Positions 1 through 6,929 of a DNA stretch of 6,929 bases are shown here, piece after piece. Below the pieces are notes generated by a model. That model ran no database searches, was not told the origin of the DNA, and worked only from the letters and a program-made list of their open reading frames with translations. Positions within the stretch are counted from its first letter, which is position 1. Every line of letters begins with the position of its first letter. This DNA comes from Fonticula alba ATCC 38817. Its lineage: Eukaryota; Protista; Nucleariida. The stretch lies in NCBI GenBank assembly GCA_000388065.2, contig KB932203.1. One strand, written 5' to 3'. Both the position numbers and the translations under genes were made by a program.

Positions 1-368
1 GGAAAAGACACTACAAGCCCAGGCCACGCGCGCCTGACCGCCAGGCCTCTCTGCCCATGCCGGTGCTCGCTGGCTAGGCCCGGCCCCGTGCGCGCGGGGC
101 CCGTCTGCCAGCCGCCCCCGCGCCCGCCCCAGCTAGAAGGCCTTGGCTTGGGCGGCACGCCCCGCATGCGCGCGCGCGCGCCGGCAGGCAGGGCACCCGC
201 TCGCCGGCAGGCCCCCCCCCCCCTCCCCGCCCACCAGGGCAGCCGCCCCGGGCCGCGCGGGGGAACGAGGGAGGGAGAGAGACCTGCGCGCAGCGTTCGC
301 CTGTGCGTTGTCAATTGGAAAGGCGCGGAACGCTTCCGTACGACATGCCATCCACACGCCTCGTCTGG

Positions 369-396
369 GTGCGCGCGCGCGCGCGCGCGTGCGCGC
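369..396. repeat. (GC)9-containing alternating purine-pyrimidine tract
   Basis: GT(GC)9GT(GC)3: 28 bp of uninterrupted alternation. Confidence 0.9.
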
Positions 397-932
397 CGCC
401 CCCCCGCCGCCGCCGCTGGGTACTATGGTCCCCGGCCGGGCCGCGAGCCTGGGTGGCACGCTCACACGCCTCCTTCCCCTTGCCTGGGGCCGCCGTTCCC
501 CGGAGCCGCGTGCGGGGCCGCCGGGCACAATGAGCCGCGCCGGGCCGGGCACGCATTCCGGCTTGTGATTTTTGCCGGCGTGATCGCGCTCCGTGGCTTC
601 TCCTCCCGCGCATGACTCGACCAACATCACGCCGCGCACGGGCCGGCGCCCCGATCGGCTCCGGGCTTGTTTTTCCTTTTCCACCCCCGCCCCCCCCGCC
701 AGAGTCGCCACCGGGCGTACAGACCCCCCCACCCATATTGAGGAGAACCAGGCAGAGACCGAAGTGCAACCGATCAGGCCCGCGGCCCCGGCCCCTGGCC
801 AATGGAGATCACACGCCCAGCCCTTGTGCGCACCTCCCCGCACCGCCCTGCCTGCCCTCCTCCCCAAGCCACCACGCACTTGCCTTTTTCTTCTTCCCCT
901 TCTTTTGCTGCTGCCTCCCCCCCCCCCCGACA

Positions 933-1544
933 ATGCCCGCGCCCCGCCCCATCGGCCGCGGCGACGCCGGCTGCGGCCCGGCCCGGCGGCTCCTGTCCCT
1001 GGCTCTCCTGAGCCTCCTGTTGGCCGCGATGGCTCTGACCCCCGGGAGAGGCGCCTGCCCCAGAGCCTGCCCTGACTACTGCGAGCTGCGGGTCCTCGCG
1101 GATGGGACCGCCGTTTCGGAGCCGCCGGCCGGCGTGGACGCCGGCTCGGAGCCCCTCTACGCTGCCCGGCAACCGGGTGTCGGCATTTTTAGCGGGTCAA
1201 ATCCCCCGCAAACCCAGACCAACGACTTCGTCCGGTGGCCCGCGGCCGCCGCCAATGTGCGCCCTCGGTCCCGGCTCCCTTCACTCTCCGCGCCCATGCT
1301 CCGCCGGCTCCTGCCGGCTCCCTCGCCCGGGAGTCTAACGCCCCGACGCCTGCCCCCATGCGGACGCCTCCATGCCGGCCATCCACCAGGCATCCCCGTC
1401 ACGCGCCTCATTCGCCCTGGCCAAGCACACCTTGCAGGGAGTCACGGTCTACGGTGCGTCCATCTGCCAGCCACGGGGCTCCTGCCGCCTCTCGCGCGCC
1501 ACCCGGCGCCAGGGACTCGTCACGCGCCGTATCTCACAGACACA

Positions 1545-1575
<31 letters not shown>

Positions 1576-2840
1576 GCGCACGCACGCACACACACACACA
1601 CACAGTCCTCCGCCTGGACAACCCGATCGGGCACTTCTCCGTCCTGCCGCCCGGAGGACAGGCCTGCCCGGGGGTGGCACATACCTCGGCCACCGCGAAA
1701 GGTACTCGCCACACTTGGCCCTGCCCGCGCTGCTTGTGCCATGCCTGGCCCCGGCTGACCCCCCGTCCCCCCTTGTGTCGTCTGTCCCACCAGCGGGCGG
1801 CTGTCTCTTCGCCACGAACGCCGGCTTCTTCAACCGCGAGGATGAAGAATGCGTCGGGAACATCATCAGCAACGGACACCGGGTCCAGGTGTCCGGTCTG
1901 GATAATGTCAACTTCGGCCTGACCGCCGTGCGTGCCGGGACCGGGTGTCCCCTGTCCCCCCTCTTTCCCTGCGCTTGCCCTCTGGCTCGCCTCCCGGCTC
2001 CGACTCTTACACCGATGCTGCACTACCCTCCCCCCCCCCTCAACCCTGCGTGGGTCCCGCCCTCCGCCATGTGCGGTGCACCTTAGACCGGCGACTTCGT
2101 GGTGGGGTACCTCACGCAGGAAGCCGTCTCACGGAACTCCCTCAACTTTGCCCAGCTCGTGTCCGGTGCGTGCCTCGCCGTGCCCCCTGGCCTGGGTCTC
2201 TTTTCCCTGTCCCCTGCCTTGACTTGCCTCCCGGCTGCCTGGCACTCACCTGGGCGCATGTGCGCATACGTACACCCCCTTGCACAGGCATGCTCTGGCT
2301 CGTGCGCGACGGTGAGGCCTACCACTGCCCGGCGTATGGCCGCGAGCTGCCGCATGGGTGGTTCCTCGACCAACCGGCCGCCCGCACGGCCATCGGGCAT
2401 GATCGCGAGGGCCGACTGTACATCGTCTCCTCGGAGCGCGCCAGCACCCGTGTGGGGCTCACGATTCCCGCACTCACGGATCTTTTGCTTGACCTTGGCA
2501 TCCACAATGCCGTCAATCTTGATGGTGCGCTTCGGGCCATGGGTGTCATTCCGCTCACCCTCTCCCTCCCCCCCCCCCCTCCCACACACACACACACATG
2601 CCGACTGACACCATACCCGCCCCCTCCTTTCATGTTCCCCACACATGCACACACATGTATGCATGCATGCACGTGCACTTGTCTCCAGGTGGCGGCAGTA
2701 CCACCATCTGGACTCCGACTGAGGGAATTGTCAACCGCCTGCAGGACCCCTGCTCCGAGGAGGAGGGTGGCAAGACGGGCGGCCCCCAGGGCGATGGTTT
2801 GTGCGAGCGTCTCGTCACCAGCATCCTTTGCATCAAGTGA
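933..2840 (+). CDS. NAGPA: NAGPA-like phosphodiester glycosidase (uncovering-enzyme/DUF2233 family), 7 exons: 933-1256, 1390-1453, 1606-1701, 1794-1927, 2087-2165, 2288-2524, 2689-2840 (1086 nt, 361 aa)
   Basis: Manual splicing at GT-AG introns keeps one frame to TGA 2838-2840. The product carries motifs I recognise from NAGPA: NPIGHFSVLPPGG, CLFATNAGFFN, ECVGNIISNG, NVNFGL, DFVVGYLT, FAQLVSGMLWLVRDG, AARTAIGHDREG, IHNAVNLDGGGSTT, CERLVTSILCI. Introns fall inside motifs (NLDG/GGS, LVSG/MLW) and splicing restores them. ATG 933 has A at -3 and is followed by hydrophobic LLSLALLSLLLAAMAL. Exon 1-2 boundaries are less certain than exons 3-7. The symbol denotes family homology, not proven orthology. 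Confidence 0.9.
1540..1604 (+). repeat. Compound (CACG)8/(CA)n microsatellite at the 3' end of NAGPA intron 2
   Basis: (CACG)8 at 1543-1574, followed by CG/CA dinucleotides running into the acceptor CAG at 1605. Confidence 0.95.
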
Positions 2841-3013
2841 GACAACGCCTCTGCCTCTCCCTGCTTTTTCTCCTGTCCACATGCACGCCCTGACTAGATC
2901 GATCCCGCCAGCCTGATACCGAGGATGCCGCCATGCGGGGCCCTACCCTCGTTCCGGTGCTATTGTCTCCGCCTCCAAAGAGGGACGGGGGAAGAGTGTG
3001 TCAGGAGTGGGGG

Positions 3014-3033
3014 GGGGGGGACGTCCCGCAGGC
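3014..3033 (+). repeat. 20-bp direct repeat, left copy (GGGGGGGACGTCCCGCAGGC)
   Basis: Same 20-mer at 5917-5936. The left copy is truncated by the N gap at 3034. Confidence 0.9.
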
Positions 3034-3043
3034 NNNNNNNNNN
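3034..3043. other. Assembly gap (10 N)
   Basis: Run of N. Confidence 1.
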
Positions 3044-3138
3044 CACACGCACACACACGCACACACACGCACACACATGGCCACGCCCCAGGGCGCGAGA
3101 TCTTCCTCCGCGCCCCTGTACCCTCCGACTGGCTCTTC
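3044..3138 (+). repeat. Exact 95-bp direct repeat, copy 1 (end of CEPT intron 4 + start of exon 5)
   Basis: Identical to 5525-5619 (offset 2481). It starts right after the first N gap. Confidence 0.95.
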
Positions 3139-4053
3139 CCCTTCGTCCCGACCTTCCTCCAACACCTGCCCTACGGCCAGCTCGTGTCGGTGGTCTTCAT
3201 GATCGGTTCCCTGCTGATGATGTGCTCTGGGTATGTGCCGGCTGTTTCCCGGCCCTTCCGCGCGCACGCGCGCCTGCCCCCCACCTCCATCCTTCCCTTT
3301 AGCCACTGGGGTGCCGTGCCCCTTCCCACTTTCCGAGCTGACCTCCGCTCTCTGGCCCCCGCCTCTTGCCATGCATGCGAATGCGCCTGGCCGCGCCCAT
3401 CCCCCATCCCCCCCCCCCCCCTGCGCAGCGTGTCCAACATGCTCAAGCAGTCACGCGAGTTCGGCAACTCCCCCGGCAAGGCCCTCCAGCGCCTGGTTCC
3501 CTTCTTCTCGCTGACCGCCTTCAGCCTGGTCTTCATGCATTACGGCGCCACCGGCGGCGTCTTCCAGGGGGTCCTGGTCAAGCGCCACATGCTGGCCTTC
3601 ACTTTTGCCTTCGGCTTCGACTTCTCGCAGCTGGTGGCCCGGGTCATCCTGGCGCACTTGACCCGCAGCCCGAAGTCCTATCCCGGGGGCATCCTTTCAC
3701 ACATCGGGTCTCTGATCCCAATCACCGGGGCCGTCGGGGCCCTGTTCGGCCTTTTCGGCGGCACCCCCGAGGCCGATGACCGGGCCGTCCAGTGGCTTTA
3801 CATCTGGCTCGCCCTCAGCACCCTGCACTATGCCTTCATGGTGTGGGCCGTCATCAATCAGATTTGCAATTTCCTCGGGGTCGGGTGCCTGCGCATCGTT
3901 CGCCGGCCCTCGGGCAATTACCACCGCCGGTCGCAGCAGCGCATGGCCGCCGCTGCGGCCGCCGCCTCGGCCTCGTCCAGCTCCGTGGCCTCGGCCGGAT
4001 CGACGGTCTTCCCCCCGGCGTCCAGGCTGGACTCCCGGCGAGCGCATGCCTGA
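3092..4053 (+). CDS. CEPT1: Choline/ethanolamine phosphotransferase, 3' half: exon 5 (3092-3230) and exon 6 (3429-4053, stop TGA 4051-4053)
   Basis: Acceptor CCCCAG ends at 3091. The intron GTATGT 3231 to GCGCAG 3428 has CTGAC at 3338-3342. The product is multi-TM hydrophobic, with FGFDFSQLVARVILAHLT and HYAFMVWAVINQICNFLGVGCLRI, typical of the CPT1/EPT1/CEPT1/AAPT C-terminal half. It joins in phase 1 (G/GG) to exon 4 ending at 5439. Confidence 0.85.
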
Positions 4054-4074
4054 GTGCGCCGCGCCCCCCCCCCC

Positions 4075-4163
4075 GCCAACACACGCACATACGCCCACAC
4101 GCCTGCGATTGCATCTGCACTTGCACCTGCACTTGCACCTGCTTCCGCCCGCCTTGCCTTCTC
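4075..4163 (+). repeat. Dispersed repeat copy A (follows a C-run; contains degenerate TGCACY hexamers)
   Basis: Aligns without indels to 6841-6929 with 5 substitutions in 89 bp. Confidence 0.9.
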
Positions 4164-4360
4164 GCCGGCCCCTCGCCTCCGCCTGCCTGCCCCTGGAGTC
4201 GACACACCGGGAAGAAACCCGCCCAACAAAACCGCCAGGCAAGTCTCCGCGCCTGGAAGAGGGAAATGTCCGTGCTTCGATAACGGAGCAAGAGAGCACG
4301 GGGGGAGGGGAGTGCCTCCCTCGCGTCCCGCCCCGCACCGCCATCTGGTCGCTGACACTC

Positions 4361-4363
4361 GCT

Positions 4364-4395
<32 letters not shown>

Positions 4396-4405
4396 TGCTG
4401 CCGCC
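4361..4405 (+). repeat. (GCC)10 trinucleotide microsatellite with GCT variants, just upstream of the CEPT ATG
   Basis: GCT-(GCC)10-(GCT)2-(GCC)2 read directly. Confidence 0.95.
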
Positions 4406-4431
4406 CTCTGGCAGAGATCTGGCCAGACACC

Positions 4432-5619
4432 ATGACCCTCGGGCTCCCCTCCATCCGGCCGATCCCGGCTGACGCCCTGCCGGCGCTGCTCGCCTACAAG
4501 TACAATGCCATCGACCGGTCACTCCTGTCGAAGTATGTCCTCCAGCCGTACTGGACGTGGCTCGTTCAGTTTGTCCCGAGCTGGGTCGCGTGCGTGGCCA
4601 CTTGAACACCATGCAGAAGGCATGCTGCTGCATCGAGCTCACCCGCCTGCCTCCTGCCCATTTGCCCCTCCCGGCCGTCGATGCGCGTCGGCCCATCCAC
4701 CCCAGGCCAAACTTGGTGACTCTCACCGGGCTACTCTTCATCGTGGCCAATGTTTTGACCTTGTGGGCTCTCACCGGCCTGGAGATGGAGAGCTCCGGCC
4801 CCGCGTGGATGTACTACTGGTGCGTCACGCTCGGTCGCGCGCGCACACATGCACATACACATGCGAATGTGTTCCTCCTTGGGGCATGGCTCTCGCGCCC
4901 CCATGTCGACTGCTGACCATCGATCATCTTGCCCCCCCCCCCCCTTGCTTGGCGGCCGGCAGGTTCGGTCTTGGCCTGTTTGCGTACACCTCGCTCGATG
5001 CCATCGACGGGAAGCAGGCCCGCAAGACCAACACCTCCGGGCCTCTTGGGGAGCTGTTCGACCATGGCTGCGACGCGATTAACACCTTCGTACGTCCTGC
5101 TGCCGGCAAGGCACAGCGCGGCGTACACGCGTGCCCACACCTCCACAGGCCACTTACCCCGACGAGACATCCCCACGCTGCCACCATCACCAACAACAAC
5201 AACAACAACAACAATGACAATGACAACCCCATCGCAGCTTGGCACCATCATCATTACCCATGTCACCGGAGTCCAGAACTCCTGGTGGCACCTAGCCTAC
5301 CTGTTCATCGGGACATCTTACTTTTTCCTTGTCACCTGGGAAACATACCACACCGGCACCCTGGCGCTGGGGATCATCAACGGCCCGGTCGAGGGGACCA
5401 TGCTGCTGACCTTCTTCTTCCTGATGACCGGCTACACCGGTATGTGGGACCCGTCATTTTTTGCGCCCGCAACAAATGGCCCACCGCCATCTGACCGCCT
5501 CATCCTGCCCTGCCCACACGCACACACACGCACACACACGCACACACACGCACACACATGGCCACGCCCCAGGGCGCGAGATCTTCCTCCGCGCCCCTGT
5601 ACCCTCCGACTGGCTCTTC
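4432..5619 (+). CDS. CEPT1: Choline/ethanolamine phosphotransferase (CDP-alcohol phosphatidyltransferase), 5' half: exons 4432-4589, 4706-4819, 4963-5089, 5238-5439 and partial exon 5 (5573-5619, cut by gap)
   Basis: ACCATG start. The product includes [31 protein letters not shown], the full CDP-alcohol phosphotransferase motif [26 protein letters not shown], and [20 protein letters not shown]. All four introns are GT-AG (116, 143, 148, 133 nt) with consistent phases. Adding exons 5-6 gives 1365 nt = 454 aa + stop. Substrate preference (choline vs ethanolamine) cannot be determined. Confidence 0.93.
5191..5226 (+). repeat. (CAA)8(TGACAA)2 microsatellite in CEPT intron 3
   Basis: Read directly. 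It lies 11 nt upstream of the acceptor at 5237. Confidence 0.95.
5525..5619 (+). repeat. Exact 95-bp direct repeat, copy 2
   Basis: Identical to 3044-3138. It ends right at the second N gap. Confidence 0.95.
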
Positions 5620-5885
5620 NNNNNNNNNNNNNNNNNNNNNNNNNNNNNNNNNNNNNNNNNNNNNNNNNNNNNNNNNNNNNNNNNNNNNNNNNNNNNNNNN
5701 NNNNNNNNNNNNNNNNNNNNNNNNNNNNNNNNNNNNNNNNNNNNNNNNNNNNNNNNNNNNNNNNNNNNNNNNNNNNNNNNNNNNNNNNNNNNNNNNNNNN
5801 NNNNNNNNNNNNNNNNNNNNNNNNNNNNNNNNNNNNNNNNNNNNNNNNNNNNNNNNNNNNNNNNNNNNNNNNNNNNNNNNNNNNN
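5620..5885. other. Assembly gap (266 N)
   Basis: Run of N. Confidence 1.
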
Positions 5886-5919
5886 CCACCCCAGGCCAAA
5901 CTTGGTGACTCTCACCGGG
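5886..5919 (+). repeat. 34-bp duplicate fragment of CEPT intron 1 acceptor/exon 2 (PNLVTLTG), truncated
   Basis: CCACCCCAGGCCAAACTTGGTGACTCTCACCGGG is identical to 4697-4730, then switches to non-CEPT sequence. Confidence 0.92.
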
Positions 5920-5936
5920 GGGGACGTCCCGCAGGC
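5917..5936 (+). repeat. 20-bp direct repeat, right copy
   Basis: Matches 3014-3033. The G-run is 7 nt here vs 12 nt on the left. Confidence 0.9.
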
Positions 5937-5954
5937 AATGGTGCTTGCGGCGGC

Positions 5955-5955
5955 C

Positions 5956-6005
<50 letters not shown>

Positions 6006-6006
6006 A
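5955..6006 (+). repeat. (CA)16 microsatellite with flanking CACG units
   Basis: Pure (CA)16 at 5961-5992. Confidence 0.95.
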
Positions 6007-6840
6007 GAGGCCCCCCAGGCCGGAAGCGTCTCCGCCACGGCCACCACCGAAGCCATGATTTGTTGTGGCGATGTGTGCGCGGGGGGGGGGGAGGGCGGGG
6101 GGCGCGGCCAAAGAGAGGAAAGAAGCCGGGCCCGGCGCTCGGCAACATTCGTTGGCAGATGGTCCTCATTTCGTCGGCTCCCTCCCCCGGGGGGAGGGCG
6201 GGGTAGACGCGGGGCTCAATTAATGCCCCCCGGCCGGGCTTCTGTCCGGGGTGCGGGCGCGGGCGCGCGCCCGCGCACGTCCCGATCACTCCCTGCGGCC
6301 GGTTGCTAGTCGCTGTCCAAGTGCCCAAACCCGCGGGTCGGGGAGCGCGCGGGCAGGGGCGCCAGCGCACTGGCCCGCCAGCCCCCGGGATCGGGGAGAT
6401 TCCTGTGGCGAACTCTCCGGCCCCGGGCCGCTCGGTCCTCCCGAGCGGGGACCCGCCGTCCCAGCTGCGACGGTGGTGGCATGCACCGACCGCGCCCGAT
6501 GCACATGCGTCCGCACCCGACCGCACCCCGTCCCAGGCCCGAGGGGGCCGCCGGCTTCGTTGCCCCAACACGCCTCGGGTGCGGCGGGCCGCGGCCGGCC
6601 CCCGACCATCACAGATGGGGTCGCAGACACCCCAGCCGGGGACGGGGATACGGGGGGAGGGGGGGGGGGGACACAGAACGGGGGTCGGCGATCATTTTCG
6701 GCCCCCTCGGCGCTGTGCAGTGGCAACATCCACTCAAAGCGCCTCCTCCCACACACGCCCACGCCCACATTGACATCCGCGCTTACACCTGCGCCCGCGC
6801 TTGCACACACACACACACATCCCCCCCCCCCCCCCCCCCC

Positions 6841-6929
6841 GCCCACACACGCACACACGCCCACACGCCTGCGCTTGCATCCGCACTTGCACCCGCACTT
6901 GCACCTGCTTCCGCCCGCCTTGCCTTCTC
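6841..6929 (+). repeat. Dispersed repeat copy B (runs off window end; preceded by C20 at 6821-6840)
   Basis: 84/89 identical to 4075-4163. Confidence 0.9.

Noticed and set aside
314-803. CCAAT-box-like ATTGG (314-318) and CCAAT (799-803)
   Set aside because: These pentamers occur by chance, and there is no TSS data to support them.
1-932. Multiple long overlapping ORFs on both strands upstream of NAGPA
   Set aside because: Pro/Arg/Gly/Ala-rich translations with no recognisable motif, expected from stop-codon scarcity at high GC.
4051-4053. TGA as selenocysteine (SELENOI/EPT1 has a C-terminal Sec in vertebrates)
   Set aside because: The TGA follows a non-conserved low-complexity tail, and I see no SECIS-like element downstream.
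5521-5558. (CACACACACG)n 10-mer units and other short repeats as a CRISPR array
   Set aside because: These are simple tandem microsatellites with no spacers, in a eukaryotic intron context.
933-5619. Functional clustering of NAGPA and CEPT
   Set aside because: The pathways are unrelated, and the adjacency itself depends on a questionable scaffold join.
3044-5936. CEPT block as a retrocopy or transposon-captured gene
   Set aside because: All introns are retained, and there is no poly(A) tail, terminal inverted repeat, LTR or transposase/RT coding sequence.
6113-6685. GAGGAAAG and ACAGAAC resembling RNase P conserved regions
   Set aside because: Both motifs are incomplete, cannot form P4, and are spaced too far apart.
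6709-6753. Stem-internal loop-stem (GGCGCT...GTGG-CAACAT-CCAC...AGCGCC) followed by ACA; GCAGTGGCA resembles the U4 snRNA 5' end
   Set aside because: The stems are short and expected by chance at this GC. The U4 match is only 9 nt with no Sm site, and there is no second hairpin or H box. An Infernal/Rfam scan would settle it.
5937-6864. Long ORFs on both strands right of the second gap
   Set aside because: Low-complexity translations with no family signature. Several also run through N or microsatellites.

Overview
GC-rich eukaryotic genomic DNA with short spliceosomal introns and two N gaps (3034-3043, 5620-5885). The taxon cannot be assigned from the sequence. Most ORFs in the supplied track are GC-richness or intron artefacts. 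Two real spliced genes lie on the + strand. (1) A 7-exon NAGPA/uncovering-enzyme-like phosphodiester glycosidase (933-2840, 361 aa by my exon model) with an N-terminal hydrophobic segment and no C-terminal EGF/TM region. (2) A choline/ethanolamine phosphotransferase (CEPT1/EPT1/AAPT family), complete but in circularly permuted order: exons 5-6 (3092-4053) precede exons 1-4 and the start of exon 5 (4432-5619), and joining them gives a 454-aa protein. The permuted block has an exact 95-bp terminal repeat (2481-bp period). It is bracketed by a 20-bp duplication (3014-3033/5917-5936), has a chimeric junction into CEPT exon 2 at about 5919, and its spacer has a 94%-identical second copy at the window end. 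This points to a collapsed tandem duplication, a circular-DNA-mediated insertion, or a scaffolding artefact, and only reads can separate these. No prokaryotic systems, CRISPR arrays, transposases or confident RNA genes were found.
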